From the NCBI RefSeq assembly GCF_035594765.1, contig NC_085844.1, positions 61,891,923 through 61,955,922 on the forward strand: 64,000 nucleotides of DNA. The letters run 5' to 3'. The stretch comes from Anolis carolinensis (taxonomy: Eukaryota). Positions 38,676 through 53,689 of this stretch are shown here, one piece after another; within the stretch, counting starts at the first letter, position 1, and the number at the start of each line of letters is the position of its first letter. Under the pieces are notes generated by a model, which saw nothing but the letters and a program-made list of their open reading frames with translations, did no database searches and was not told the DNA's origin. A program made the translations under genes and the position numbers.

Positions 38676-39165
38676 TGTGATGTCTCATGGGCCATGTAGT
38701 CCCGTTCCTAGTACTATTGTGGCAGACGAAGAGGAAAACTTGGGTTTCCCACCGATTCAGCCAGAATCGGAGCCCCTGCACCTGCAGGATGTTTGCCCTC
38801 AAGAAGTCAGCCAAACAAGCCTTGGGCAGAATTCTCCCCCGTTTTCTCGTAAGGATAATTATAATAGAGATAGAGGCGCTAGGGAGGCGAATCGCCGAAG
38901 CGCCAGAATCGCTGCCAGACAATTAGCTGATTAAGCCTGTTTCCCTTGGGAAATTCTAAGGAGTCATGCATCTGGACACAGTTTGGGTTTCACTTCTTGT
39001 TCTCCAGGGAAAGTGTTCCTTGGCGGGAAAACAAGATCCTATATAGGTGTTTTACCGCAAGGAGATCCTTGCGGAGTCCATTCGTCAGCTTGAGGAGTGA
39101 GAACGTGTGTGGACTACGCCACTCCAGTTCCTTGTTTCCAGGACCAAGTTCCAAGCCTGCCTTGT
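38676..39165 (+). mobile_element. 3'-truncated LTR homologous to 10026-10891
   Basis: Colinear with the first ~495 bp of the 10026 LTR; similarity stops after CAAGCCTGCCTTGT. Confidence 0.85.
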
Positions 39166-42100
39166 TCAAAGAGTTGCAAAACCTTAATTTTCTTTAATTA
39201 GCTGAGTCATTTATAGTAGAAAATTTATCTAAATGGCTTCTGAAATAAATGCTCATATCAATTAAGAACCACATTTGTCCTACTCACAATAGCTAAGTTT
39301 TATAATATCACTAACTGCCTAGTGCTTAAAATTAAGTTATTTAGTGCTAACTTCTAGGCCGGTGGTCTTGATCCCAGATTAATATGCTAACATGTATTGG
39401 AAAGACCTGGGTGCATGAGGTGGGATGTGTGGGTGTTAATTTCTCTCAGCTTTGCCCACCAAATTATCTGTGCAGCAACAGGTAAGACCTGGGAACAAGG
39501 GAGAGGGCCATCTCAGTAGCTGCTTCTAGTATTTGGTATTTCTTCCCTAGAGAGACCAAGATGGGTCTGTCCTTGTTTACCTTCCAGTGACAGCTCAAAA
39601 CATTTTTGTGCTACCAGGCTTTTGCAAAGGGATGAGCCTTGGGCTTTTCATGTTGTGTGGTGCTGATTTTAAGGGTCTGCATATATTTTTAAAATGCATT
39701 TTAATACTTTATCTTCCTTACCACCAGACTTTGCCACATCAGCGTGTGGCTGGGCACAGCTAGTTGTTTTATAAATCTTATATTTGTACTTTTCTTTTGA
39801 ATTTTTAATTTTTAAACTTATGTTGTTAGCTGTCTTGTTTCCCATTATCTGGAAAAAGTCAAGGTATAAATGAATAAAAAATGATAATAGTAGTAGTTGT
39901 TGTCCCATTGAACTCACTAATATTTAATATTAAACAGAGATCAGATTGTATTGCTCATGGTAGGGAAGCATGGTAAGGGAAGGAATAGATATCTGAATGA
40001 CTTCATCGATGTCCAGCAACATTCCAGACTTCTTACAGTACATTTTTGGAAAAACTATAGAGGTATAATTTTGTCTGAGAGTGTCCTTGAATATATAATA
40101 AAAAAAATATTTTATACGTATGTAAATTTCAAGTTTTACTTTTCCCCAGGCAGTTTACTGTTTGCTTGTTTTTATAGGTGTATTGATGTAATGCTATTTT
40201 ACTAATTGTCTAACATCACTCTTTGAGTATTATCTAAATTTTGCTGTAGGAAACCTTGTCTAGGATCTTCCCCTTGTGGCCACAGGAGAGGTTGCACTGT
40301 AGGTGTAATGTTCATGCATTCTGAAGCCATGGGTGATATTGAAAACATTCACAAGTGATACTTTCTTCTCTTTTCTAATTGAAGTAACTTTTAAAATGTG
40401 AATGTGTGTACTAGTATAAAGATCCTATACACACACAAATAATTGCTAGGTAAAAAAAGTCTTGCTTAGGATTAGGTATTAAATCTTTTTCTATGTAAAA
40501 AGATTTTGTACAAGACAAGCATTTTCAAACTAAAATAATTTGTTTTGATTAAGGAAGATAATTAAATCTTTGCTTTGGCTTCTAATGAACACATCTGAAT
40601 AATGATTTGTCAAGAACTATTTCTGTTTTTGGAGATATTATCCTTTTCTCCCACCCAGTTTATGGGAAACGAAGAACAGTTTTCACTGATTCATACAATT
40701 ATAGAAGGAAGCAAGCAGATGTAATCTGCTGCAGTCCCAATCACTCACTTAGACCCACAGATCAATCTGTAGTAGACAGTATGCCAAAGGCACAGAAGGA
40801 GGATGATATAAATCAATGCAGAGTTGTAATTCAAACAAGCATTTTTAATTTTAACAAGTTTAATTGAAAAATAAGATAAGAACAATCAAATGAGGAATAT
40901 TTCACAGAAGACTTCCACCAACCCCCAAGAATAAATATTCATATTTTAGTCCTGCTAGATTCATCAGTGATATCCTAATATAACCCATAAGTTTATGCAC
41001 CATATCTTTTCAGGGGAATTTTATGTGCTTTATGACTATGCAGACTTACCAAGCTTCAAAGGAACACTGAAATTTATTAGGAACGTTTTCCAACTAAGCA
41101 CACTACAAAAAGGTGTGTCTTCTGAAGCTAGTCCCCTCCCTTTTGACATCTATCATTATGCCAGAATCTGAGAGTATATGTTTGAAACTACTTTGTTGTC
41201 TGAAACAATAGAAAAGGGGGACTTATCAATATAGTACATCTGCTTTTTGGACCTGGGGTATCATATTAATAAAGTCTTAAATTGTTTTGGTGAAAATGAA
41301 AAACAATCCTTGTGAAATGGGGAAGAGAAACAATCTGAAATCATGATGCTTTAGTCTGTGGACCATTTGCCATGCAAAATCATGACTCAGAACTTGAATG
41401 TCAGACATCTAATCATAGAAACAATAAATACCATTAATCAAAGCAAGCCAATGGGTGTCATGGGTATTAAGTGAATAATTCATTTATGTTTTTATTTATT
41501 GTACTTTTAAATCAAACTTGTCTGCATGGTGTAGAATCTGTTAAAACATAAAATGCACTAAGGATATCACAAAATAAAACTCTGATAACAGAGAATGAAG
41601 CATGACAACACATACAATAAAATTAACATCAAGTATAAGAACTGCTTGAATCTCATTTTGGGAGAAATGTGGAATAAAAATTCCATAAATAAATAATAGC
41701 ACAAAGTTGGAAGAACGAACATAGTTCTTAAAATTCTTGAAGGAATTAAAAGTTTTCCATCTTGTGCCAAAAAACTATAATAATGGAGACAACAAGCGAT
41801 TTGGTCTACAGATACGTGTTACTATGGCCAAAGAGCAAATGCCTATTAAAATCCTCCCTCTCCAGGTCAGTTTATATATGGGCAATTTCATCCAAAGTAT
41901 CTGCAGTTAATATTTTTAATCATACAGTTCTAGTGGGAAATAATTGCATTGCCCAAACATGGCTACAAAGGACTTCTTTTTCATAAAATATGTACCGCAA
42001 CATCCTACCACAATTATTGACTGGAATGGGATAGTTTTTAAATATTAAAACCATCGGACTCTTCTTTAATTATTTATTATAATTGCAGTAAAACGGCATG

Positions 42101-42540
42101 CCGTGAGTGTATGTTTGCTGTTACTACTTCATGATGAAAGCTGTTAGACAAGCGAAATTGTAATGGTAGTAGGGAAGACTTTGAATCACATCTGAAGTCC
42201 CACCAATTTGTTGTAAATGGGATGGGGTGGTGGAGAGGGGGTAGTTTTATTTTCCTTCCATTCTTGGTGGGCGGAATTTAACTCCTTTCAGCTCCAGGCT
42301 GCTATAATTTCAGGTTGTGTTTGGGAACATTTTAAGGGAACAAAAGAGAGTTAGGATCCTGTGAACATCCATCCTATATCAAGTTTTGCCCCCATGGTGA
42401 GCTTTTTACTGCTGGAGTTCTCTGTGGGCAGAATAGCACTTCTAAGTCTTATGCCTCCTCATCAGTTCTTTCTCTAAATTAACATAGACCAAGTTGAAAA
42501 GCAAGACTGATTAATTGATTCTTCCTTTCTAATTTTTCAG

Positions 42541-42620
42541 GATACTGGAGTTGGAAAATCAAGTATAGTTTGTCGATTTGTTCAGGATCATTTTGACCAC
42601 AATATTAGCCCCACTATTGG
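42541..42620 (+). CDS. RAB31: RAB31 coding exon 2 (DTGVGKSSIVCRFVQDHFDHNISPTIG), P-loop/G1 and switch I
   Basis: Polypyrimidine tract with TTTCAG acceptor; 80 nt; GTAAGT donor. Completes GDTGVGKS. VCRFVQDHFDHNISPTIG is typical of Rab31 rather than Rab22A. Confidence 0.97.
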
Positions 42621-45600
42621 GTAAGTATTACTGTGTATATTTGTACATTCTAGTAAAGTTAAATACAGTGAATATAGTTAACTAAATCACCTTATAATTC
42701 AAAATGTGAAAGGATAACAGTACCTCTTTTCATTGGTCTGAATGTTGTATAAGGTAACAGTTATCAATTGAGAAAACATTTTAACTTCCTCTTTAATGCT
42801 GATTCCAAACCACAGTCCAGTCTGTACCCTGGACTGTTAGTAATTCAGCAACCATCTTCCTTGCCTCCTCCCTCTTTGTTTTGTAAAAGATTGAATTTCT
42901 CTATAGGCTCCCAATAAAGCAGAAGTAGTGGACCAGCAGATGTTGACTAAAACTCTCCTCGGCCCCAGCTGATTTGGTCAGTGGTTTGGGATGATGGGCA
43001 TTATAGTCCAATATCATATGGAGAGCATATGAAGAGTGCACTTCTTTTGTACTTGAGTTATTGGAATCAGACCATGTCCTGGGATTAGGGAACAGAGCTC
43101 CCATTTTATATGGGCATGGTTTTCAGGCAGATTCAGGCCTGAACATTCTCTTCCTTTAATCAAGTACTTCACATCCTTTGGGATGCCAACCAGTTGTTTG
43201 AGCAGGATACAGAGAAGCATAAACTCAGGACCTATACATATGACTGCTCTATTTTATCTCTTTCGTTGGCTGAACATTTATTATTCAATCTAGTCCAGGA
43301 AAAGGTGAATCCAAATAGGAGTTACAGCTGTTTATTTAGACATAAGGTTTATCTTTGGGTTATTGTAACAACATCGACAAGGAGATCATCTAAATACAAA
43401 TTATGACATTTAATATTTGCTAACTAACCATTCCTAAGCATGCATCTTCTTATCCATAAAATCGAGGTTTCATTTTATAATTCAACACATTGCTTAGGAT
43501 TTTAACAAGACAGGATGACACAGCATAAGTAGCTGGCATGTAATTCATCTTCATTAATTATTCGCGAACTTCAGAGCTAATAACCTATGCAATATATTAG
43601 ACAAGCCACCTTCTGACTTGAATTTAATTCATGTGTATTTATGTTTAGAGTTAACTCTGCCAGATTGTTCTAATCTAAAGCAAGTGATTGGGGGCGTAAA
43701 TACCAACCCTGTCTTAAAATTTTGCCTGCTAGGAACAATATTATCATTGCTAAAATCTCTCTGTATCAGTAGTGCTAGGCTAGAGAATAATATCTTTTGA
43801 TCAATTAGGGCATCACGGGACCCTTGCGGCACTAAAACATTGCAAAAATAAGATACAAAAAGAATGGAAGTTGAGCAAGAACAGACTTCAAGAGGAAGGA
43901 AGTCTTGATAAGGTTTGGAGAATAGAAAAGGAAGGCAGGAGGAAGTCTTTATCAGGACTCCTTGATCCTCTCTGAGTAGAATTGCCACAACTAGTTATTT
44001 TGATATGATTGTATTTATTACTGCCAGGGAATAGGAAAGTGATTTTCTACTTCATGTACTAAGTAATATGGCTTGCTTTCAGTAATCTACATCTTGACTT
44101 GGCACCATTCTCTCCTTTGCCACAGGCAGCCAAATGTTTCCAGTTAGTCTTGCCTCCGTGGTAGCATAACTAGCAGGTGTAATGTTAAATTAGATCAGGG
44201 GCTCTTTAACATTATATATCACTACCATTCTACCTTAACTGCCATGGCAACATGCTGTGTAATCCTGGGATCTGCAGTTTATGAGGGGCATTTAGATTGA
44301 TCCATTAGAGAGATCTTGTGCCTCACTCAACTATAAATCCCAGGATTCTAAAGAATATAACCATAGCAGCTGCATTGGTATCGTAGTGTTAACTTTATAA
44401 CTGAATAGTGTGAAAGGCTTCAGTTAAACTAGTGGTTAATGACCTGTTCTCAGGTATGTGGAAGATGTAGCGTTTTACATTTTACATCTTTTGTTGTGCC
44501 ATCTCCCCTATTAATAAAGCCATAGAATGATGGCTGCTTTAAGCCATCATTTGTCCTGGTATAAGATCCATCTGGAGTCATGGAAGTTTTTGCCTTTTTA
44601 TTTTTATTCCATGCCAGGAAGCAGTGGAAAATTGTATGTGAAATGTAGGTCAAAGATCTTGAAGGAAGGTGGATCTTGTTCTGCTGCCAAAGAAGTGGGA
44701 ATTTGGGAATTAGGAGTGTGGTTTTCCTTTTTTTAAATTCAAAAATAAATTAGAAAACAAGAACAAGCTTCCTAGCAGTATTGTTTTTGTCCGCAACTGC
44801 AATTTATTAAATATGCTGTATGTTGCATTTTAATAACGGGATGGCAGAGGAAGCAGATTAGCACTGTGATTCAAGGAGTTAAGAAAAAGCCATATTGTTC
44901 AAATATCTACATAGTTGTGAAGGGGCATCACATCTTTCTTCTAGTACAGGAGTTGGTAGTCTTTCAAAGAATGCCTTGACAAACTGTACATTCCTTTGAA
45001 ATTACTTAAAATCAATATTATATGCTTGGTCTTGAGGGTAGATAAGGTTATGCCTGCATCTTTCTGTTTAAGACATGAATTATTATTTTTTCTAGCTGTA
45101 GAAAATGTTGCAAGAAGAGACAATGCAAAAAGAGGGACAAAATAATATTTCCACCAGCATTAATTCATTATTTTCTTTTCAGTGAAATGAGTAGTAATAT
45201 AGGAAATAGTTGACTACTGTATAGGTTTATCAGTTTTGAACAACTCTACATCTCCCCATTAAATGGGAATCTCACATATTCTAATAATGTCATGAAAACA
45301 CATAAAACATGTTATCTGGAGATGACCCTGTTTAAAACAAAAAACATCTGTACAGTAAATGCAGTTCTGTTAAATATGCAAATTTAAAATGAAAAAGGAA
45401 ATTGATTTAGCATTGTGGGCATTTTCCTAATTATCAACCATAGTTTTCCAAATTCAGTATATAATTATTTTGTTTGTCTCATCTACACAAAGTGATGATC
45501 AGATTTAAAATTCAAGCAACTGTTGTGACTGAAGGTGTTCTAACATAAGACCGTTTCTTCTATATATATATTTCTTTATAAGCAAGTCTCTTTTGAATGT

Positions 45601-47431
45601 AATGGGGACATATTCCCAAATATGTATCTCTAGGATTGCAGTCGACATTTCTTGTCAAACCTTTAAACAGCTCCACAGTGTGAAGTACCAGAGAGAAATA
45701 ACAGAAGCTCAAAATGCCTGTGAGATCAGTTCTCTTCCTTTGTTATTTTAATTTTTGTGTTCAGTACAGAGTTCATTAATTTGAGTAATTTGAAAGTAGG
45801 TTTGAAGAACACTTGACATCTCACCACACACAAACACACACACACACACACAGATATACACAGAGTGGGGGCACACTTAATTACAAATGCTCGATCATTC
45901 AAAGTGCTCTGAATCTGAAATGTGGAAAAAGTAAGCACTAAAACCCCATAGGTGATAAAACATCATTTTAGTCAGTTCTGCTGTATGCCTGCTGTTCAAG
46001 CTTAACAGCTCTTGAGGAGAAATTTCTCAGGAGCAATTAGAAGAAGATGATAGCAGCCTTCTAATTTCATTTACTCTCATGTAGAGGCCCGTCCAAACCT
46101 GAGCAAACCTAGAAAAAGGCAAAACGCAGTATTTCAGACAGATTTTTTAATGAGATCTGGCAGTTCAGTGTTTATAATCCAGACTCTTAACTTGCTATTG
46201 GGGGGCGGGATATACAATTTGGAAATTGGCCCGTTTTAAAATATATAGCATGACCCCTGTATCCATAAGGGCTATATTGCTAGACTTCATGTGGATAAGT
46301 GAAATGGTGGATAATGAATCCTATTGAAACAGAGAACTTCTCACTGAAGAATACCATACGGTCAGACTGGAAGCCCTAGAAAATGCCTAGGAATGACATA
46401 TTTTATCAGATATGGATAAATGAAACTTCAAATACCAGTTCTACGGATATGGGGGTAATACTATATGACTGTCATAAGTTTATATGATGGATCCTGACAC
46501 TGAGTAACAGCATCTGTCAAATAGACAGCAAACACCTGGCATTCTGAGGCAGCTACATACCTGTAAATCTCCTAACAGCTTCCTGATGTCTTTGTTGCTT
46601 GCAGCTATTTTAACTCTGCAAACCACAGTGCTTTCTGTTTTGATCTTTAGAGTGGCTGTGGTTAACAACTTTGTGTCTTACCTCATTTTGTTTGTAGTTA
46701 TCTGGATTGCTAGCTTGGTGAATTCCTGACCATCTGAAGACCTTGCTGATAGGGTTATACTGGAAATGAAGTGAGATCTAATTATTTCCAGGCAAACTGC
46801 TCCCTTCCCATTTACCTGGCCCTGGTGGTATCAATCACTTGGAGGGGGTTCCTTGGTGGATTTATTTTCTGGTTCCTGCAGGGATAATACTAAGAGTGCT
46901 CCAACTAACAGAAAACTTGAAATATGTAGTTTTTTTCTGGTTCTCTGATGTCTTTTGTATGTCTGAGAAACACTGTATATACTGAAAGTTATAATGTCTT
47001 TGTTTCTGGAAGCCATGCTTTTATATCTTTCACGGTTTTTTTAATATTTATGTTAGAAATTTAGGCCATGGTGTAGAGAAACATCTGCTTCTGGGCTCTC
47101 ATTCTCTTTGGCTTTCCAGCACGACTCAGGAAACATCAAATAACCTCTTTTTCCAGTTAAAAACATTACTGTTTGTTTACAGATCCTTGGTGTACCTAAT
47201 TAAACTCTCCAGATTACCAGTAAATAAGAATAATTAAATTTTCATATATTACTTCAAAGCATCTTAAGAATAAATTATTTACCTTCCCTTAGGACATTTA
47301 GCTAAAGCTGAGTGTTAAAACTGACAAACCTTGTGTCTTGAAACAGATAAATATTTTCCCTTAGAGACTTTTTGTTAATAATAAGCAAACTTTGCATCTA
47401 AATAATATGCTGCTTCTCTTGAAATTTTCAG

Positions 47432-47513
47432 TGCTTCTTTCATGACTAAAACTGTGCCTTGTGGAAATGAGCTTCATAAATTTCTGATCTGGGATACAGC
47501 AGGCCAAGAGCGA
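47432..47513 (+). CDS. RAB31: RAB31 coding exon 3 (ASFMTKTVPCGNELHKFLIWDTAGQER), G3 box
   Basis: TTTTCAG acceptor; 82 nt; phase matches exon 2 (GG|T); WDTAGQE motif; GTGAGT donor. Confidence 0.97.
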
Positions 47514-48111
47514 GTGAGTATGGTTCGGCTGTCTTTTAACTGAAATATGATTCTGTCTTAAATATGCCATATTTGTTGCCTTGAAGGTAAATCAATCAGA
47601 TAAATGACATTAGTTTGCTGAAAGTTCCCCTGACCTCATAAAGTTCCTGGTAGAAATACTAAACTGAGAGGAGCTTTTCCATGTCTTCCTTCAGCAAGAA
47701 ACCACACTTCACTGCTGCATTTTCCTTATGTGGACGGGGGAAGAACAGTGAAGCAAAATGGTCCTGAGAAAGTTAAGGAAGTCAAGCCACCCTGTAACCA
47801 ACGATGGATGTGCAGCTTACAAAAATAATTGAAATAGTTAAATTCGTCAGTTCGTTTACATAAAATAACCTGGGAGTGCCTTTGGTATCCATGCCAGGCT
47901 TCTAGTCTTTAAGCTCCACAGCCTTGGAACTATAGCAAAGACACACATGTGTTAGCAATGAGCTTATTTTGTTATTATAAATTTCATCTATCTCTAGCTT
48001 GTAATAAGTTGATATGTACTATACCCCACAAAATAGCCTGTAGTTATTTTTCTTACAAAAACTATTAGTTGATCTAATGTTGTGCTTATGATAGTTCTGC
48101 TGGCACTAGAG

Positions 48112-48246
48112 CAGTGGTTCTGAACCTGGGGTCCCCAGATGTTTTTGGCCTTCAACTACCAGAAATCCTAACAGCGGGTAAATTGGCTAGGATTTCTGGG
48201 AGTTGTAGGTCAGAAACGTCTGGGGACCCCAGGTTCAGAACCATTG
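48112..48246. mobile_element. hAT MITE
   Basis: CAGTGGTTCTGAACC TIR; perfect 8-bp TSD CACTAGAG. Confidence 0.9.
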
Positions 48247-51200
48247 CACTAGAGGGAGGAGGGAAATAGCATTTTTCAATGCTTCTGCCTTCCCCCTGCA
48301 CCCTGTTACGTTATTGTGTGCCTTCAAGTCATTTCAGACCTATGGCAATCCTAAAGCAAAACTATTACAGGGTTTTCTTGGCAAGACATGTTCAGAAGAG
48401 GTTTGCCATTGCTTTCCTTTGAGACAGACGTCACTCTGTGTGTTTCAAGGCCGAGCTGGGATTCCAACCCCGGTCTTCAGAATTGTCAAGCTCTCAAACT
48501 ACTATGCCATGCTGGCTCTGCCCTCTGAAAATCATCTCCCAATGCTTTGGATACTCTCTTGAACAATATGGGAGGGAGGACTGGGGGGTCTCTCTAAGGA
48601 TAGAAGAATTATAGAAAACCATTGTTCTCTAGTGAGGAGTCTGCTAGATCCTGCTTTCCTGCTTCAATGGAATGAAGTATAGTTCCAGCTCTCTGAATGC
48701 ACATAACTACAACCAGAGGCCCTTTTAAAATGTATCCTTGTTTTTGAAAATAGGGGGTAAAGTTTGAGATACATTTGTGATGTAGCTGAGTTTCCAGATC
48801 ACGAAGGAGCTAGATTTGGTATTTACTAAAAGAATGTAGCAGACATGCTTAGCAGTGTTTTTGTATGTATTTGTCTTGCTTCTATTTCAGTAAAAAATTA
48901 TATTCCATCCTAAATTCTCAGAGTGACATACAAGTATAATAAATTTAAACCCTTTAAATCAATTTAGAATCAAAAATAATAAAGGACAATTTTAATAAGC
49001 AGAAAAAACATTAAATAAATGAAAACAGGTCAAATGGTTAAAACTGTTTAAAACCATATCCATCTTCGTTTTGAAATAATTGTGTGGTGTCCTAAAGGGT
49101 TTAATAATAGAAAAAATACCCTGTTTTAACTTGATGCCAGAATGAACTTAGCTCTAGCACTGATCAGGCCTACAAGGGAAGATCATTCTACAACTGGAGT
49201 GCAGCAGCAAAAAGATCCTCTCTCATATCTTTCCATGTTTTTTTCACCTTTTGCCTGTGCAAATATTGCATCAGTGCATTTTTTTCCTTAACCCAGTAAG
49301 TTTTTATTTATTTATTTACATCATTTATATACTGCCTTCCTTCCCTAGGGGACCCGAAGCGGTTTACAACATAATATATGGACAATGAACATAGTGTTAA
49401 AAATGATAAACCCATAGCATTTAAAACATCCCAGGTAAAAACAGATTAAAACATTGAAAGTAAAAACAGTTAAAATCACATAATCCAAAAGCGTCAATCC
49501 AATGTCAGTTCTCCATTGCATGCATGGTTCAATGTCTCTTATTACTGTTGAGTAAAGGCTTGGTCCCACAGGTAAGTAGCAGCTAAAGTTTGGCTGTTAA
49601 AATGGACAGGAGCACATATGAGTGATAGACCATGTGGTTTGCATCGGGGTAAAAGAAAAATGGAAATGTTGGTTTTAGTAGGGAGCATACTTCCAGTAGC
49701 ATCTTTCCAGGCATATCCCTTTTCTTGGACAAAGATCCTCTTCTTAAACAGCCTCACATTATTAAGCTCTGTGCTATCTGAAATGATTTAAATTTACAAT
49801 GATTCTTGATCAACAAATAAGTGGGTCCAACATCTATACAATCTACATATGTAATATTTGGTCACATCTCTTTCACGTCTTTGGAACAAGTTGCACATCT
49901 TGGTGCTGTTTATTTTTATTTTCCCCCTAACTATGACTTTGTTAGAATGTTGTTGTTACTTGATAGCATTATAATTTTATCTTGTTTGAGTAAAGGCACA
50001 GAAATACATTCAAGGATTAGTTGTTCAATGCTCCTGAAATCTAGTTAGTAAGCAATAGAAATTGAAGAGCCTTTAAATAATTAATGGTTCATTGAAGAGC
50101 AAGGGCCCTGTTGAAAGCTGTGGTAAAATCCACATTGATTTGTTCTGGCCTTTGATACATAATGTCTAGCAGCAGAGTTTTTGTTTTGTTCTCTCTATGA
50201 GGTAACCATGTCTGGTTGTTGTAGGCACAAGACAGTTCTTCATTTGTGAAGTCTATGGGTTAATGTAAATACATAAACCTAGATGTTTATGTCTGGGCTT
50301 ATCTACATCTGAGGATATGTTGATTACTAATATTTAAAGTTATTCACTTCGATGCATTTGAATTATTTCTGTATGTAGAAAGTGTTCCTTTTTTCTCTTT
50401 CTCCTGCAATGTTTTAAAATTTAGCACATTCATCTGTAATCCAACATATATATTTTATGTATCTTCTGAAGTAGGTTATCTACAGTACTTACTCCGTTAG
50501 CTCCTGAATTTTGGCTCCTAAACATTCTTTGGCTCCTGAATATTCTTTGGGGTCTTCTATTTATCCCTCTTTGGTTTCTGACCTCTGTAAGATCCTGAAC
50601 TGCCTTGATCATTTTAGGTTCCTGTCCATTTCATTGCTAACAATTCGTAGTTCCTTCTGCGTGACCAGGGACTGCCTTAAGTCTTTTTATACATACACCA
50701 GACTGAAGGAAGGGACCTACACAGTTACTTTTTGACAGAGAACAGAAGAAGGAGCCCCAGTCTTTAAACCAAATATATGTTCCATCAGGCTTGCTATTTT
50801 GTGGGAAAGGATGAAACCCAGGACTCTTATCCTTTTGTCCCAAAAGCATAAAAGTCCTCAGTTAAATTGCAGACCCTGTTGCAGCACTATCAGACCTATC
50901 TTGCTGCCTCACTATTTCACTGCCCTGTTGGTCCTGAATTACTTTCCCTGAATACGGTATCAGTGTGAGTGGACACTCTGTCATTCTATCTCAGTCAGTC
51001 ATCCTTCTAGATTCTTTGTCAACTCCTGCTTCGAGTGGTGAACTTTTAATAAGGAGGTTAATGTTATCTTAATTTGTTCTCATACATAAGATTTTTTCAA
51101 TTTTTCCACTGCTAATTACAAGCATTTCGCTCATTTTTAAATAATCATGGTGCAAAGGTGACTTTGTATGAAATATTGGCTTATGCACAAAATAGTGTTT

Positions 51201-51923
51201 TTGTTTTGTTTTACTGTTGTAACTGAGAAAAAAACAATTTTTTTGCTCTTGACAAAAGCAAAGAAGATCTTACTGCTGCTTATTTGCTGCTTATTTATTT
51301 ACTTGCTTATTGGGCATTCCTTCTACACAGATTCTAAGTAGGAATACAATGAGAAAACTGGAAAAACCACTCCAGAAGTAATGGAAACTGCTAAACTTGA
51401 GGGCATAAGGCAACTGGGATCCACTCAACAAATTGGAACAAAATTAAAGCAGTCTTCCAGAGTACATGAAGAGCATCCCAGTGGTTTTTATTACTGGCTA
51501 ATGAAAGTTCTCAGATAACATGGGGGTCGAGATCCAGAAGCCTCAGATACCCAGTCAATTATAGCCCCTCTGTTTATGAATCTAGTGCTCAATGATATAA
51601 AGGGATATTTTTACAAACATGACCCAGGTGGCAAGGAAACCAGTAAATGAGATCCTGAGTGTATTTAGTAATTGGAAGGGAGATACCGGAAGAAACAGAC
51701 ATACGTGACACTTGAAAGAAAAAGGAACCAGGATCCGCAGAATAAGTAAAGCGGCAGTGTCATGTGGGATCTACTCTTACCTTTCTTCCCATGTGCTATA
51801 AATGTTTTTTCCCTTCTCTTCTTTGCCCAAGCTAAAAAACAAAAACAAAAACACATACAACACACGGGAAGAAAAAAGTAAATAGGATCCAGAGGGTAGG
51901 TGAAGTCACGGTAGCGCATAGGG

Positions 51924-52058
51924 CAGTGGTTCCCAATGTGTGGGTCCTCAGATGTTTTGGCCTTCAAGTCCCAGAAATCCTAACAGCTGGTAAACTGGCT
52001 GGGATTCCTGGGAGTTGTAGGCCAAAACACCTGGGGACCCACAGGTTGAGAACCACTG
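51924..52058. mobile_element. hAT MITE (a more degenerate copy lies at ~52447-52563)
   Basis: CAGTGGTTC TIRs; TSD GCATAGGG/GCATATGG. Confidence 0.85.
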
Positions 52059-53689
52059 GCATATGGCCTGTTCATCCTCTTTCGCTTACTCTGGAAGCTG
52101 CAGCAACAGTGCCCCATCCCACTCCCCCAAGATATTCGTAGTCTTTCTATTTCTAAGGGGGAGCTGTGCTTTTAATCCATGCAAAAGTAGAGGGCCAATT
52201 GCACAGATGATGTATATAGCATTTTTTACTTCCTCAAAGATATCAAATTCACTAACTATAATATATATTTTCCCAATTATTTGTGCAACACTCTTCCATA
52301 CATTAGAAGATAGTTGTCATATTCCCTTTTAACTATCTGTTCTCCAACCTTTCCATATAGATCTTGGTCAGTAGATAATCTTTGTTGTTCTGTTTGTGAG
52401 AGACAAAAACTGTTATCTAGCTTTCTAACCTGTGTATCTTCTAAACCAGTGGTTCTCTGGTTGTTGAGACTTCCATTTTCCAGAATGGAGCTTTTACTGC
52501 TAACAAGGGCTTGTGGAAGTTGAAGCCCATGACATCTGGATGAGCAAAGATTGAGAACCACTACTCAAAAGGTTTCCCTCATCATCATGGGTTTCCTGTC
52601 TTTAGTGTTTCTTCTTTTTCAGGACTTTGGGTTTGCAATAGTAATAATAATAGTAATAATAGCATTCAGATTTCCTGATTTTAAAGAAAAAGCCTTTAAT
52701 CTTGTCTTCTATATAGTGTAATGTCAGGAGAGGAAAATGAGTGCATGTTTTCATGTTTTCCGCAGTGTGTTCTTTATAAAGGCATATTGTGAAAAAAGTC
52801 ATGCTTTTGAAAAAGGAAATGTCTTAATACAATTTCCATCACCCACAGCTTGCCCAGAATTACAGTTTTTAATAATACACTCATTGTCAAGAAGTACAGT
52901 ATTTTCTTAATCTTAAGTCAAAGGACAGTTTCTGTTAAGAAATCACATGAAATCATGTGCATTTGAACTATATTAAATTCCAGATGCCAAGAATTAAATA
53001 TTAACTCTGTTCCTTTCATAAGCAGAAGTATTTTTGTTTCTCTTCAAAGTTTGAAGCTCGGTATTTATGTTTACTCAGATGTTGCAGTTGCCTGTCAACT
53101 TATGGCAAACCCCATGAATTTCTTAGGGCTTTTTTTAGATGAGGTATACCCAGATGTGGTGTTACTAGTCCCTTTTTCTAAAATATAGCCTATTGTATCT
53201 GGTAACTTTAGCAGATTTTAAAGAGTTTGAATATTTTTTCTTAGCAAAATAACCCCATGTTTGTTGGATGGAGTATGGGAGTTCAGAGAATTGCTAGTCA
53301 GAAATAGGAGAAACTGATTACAAAATACTCTCAATATACTATAGGCAATAGTTGGAAATGATGGATGAAAACTTGTCAAGAAAAGCAAGAAGGGAGATGG
53401 TACACAAAATGTGGCGGTGGAGGAAATTTGAAGGAATTATTGTTGGTCTAGGCAGATATGAACTACATTCATCCCTCTGCATTTGCAAGTTTGGCATTCA
53501 CAGTTTTGATTACTTGTATGTCTACTATGGTTTCGGGGGATGACCAGGGACAATTTCAGTTGCCATCCACCCCTCCATCGAAGTTTGTGTACCAGCAAAC
53601 TTCGTTTGAGGGGTTGAGGGGAGAGAATGGCTAGATTGCTAGGAATGGAGTTGTGACATTTCAGTTGCTAAACATCCCCCAACAGAGAT

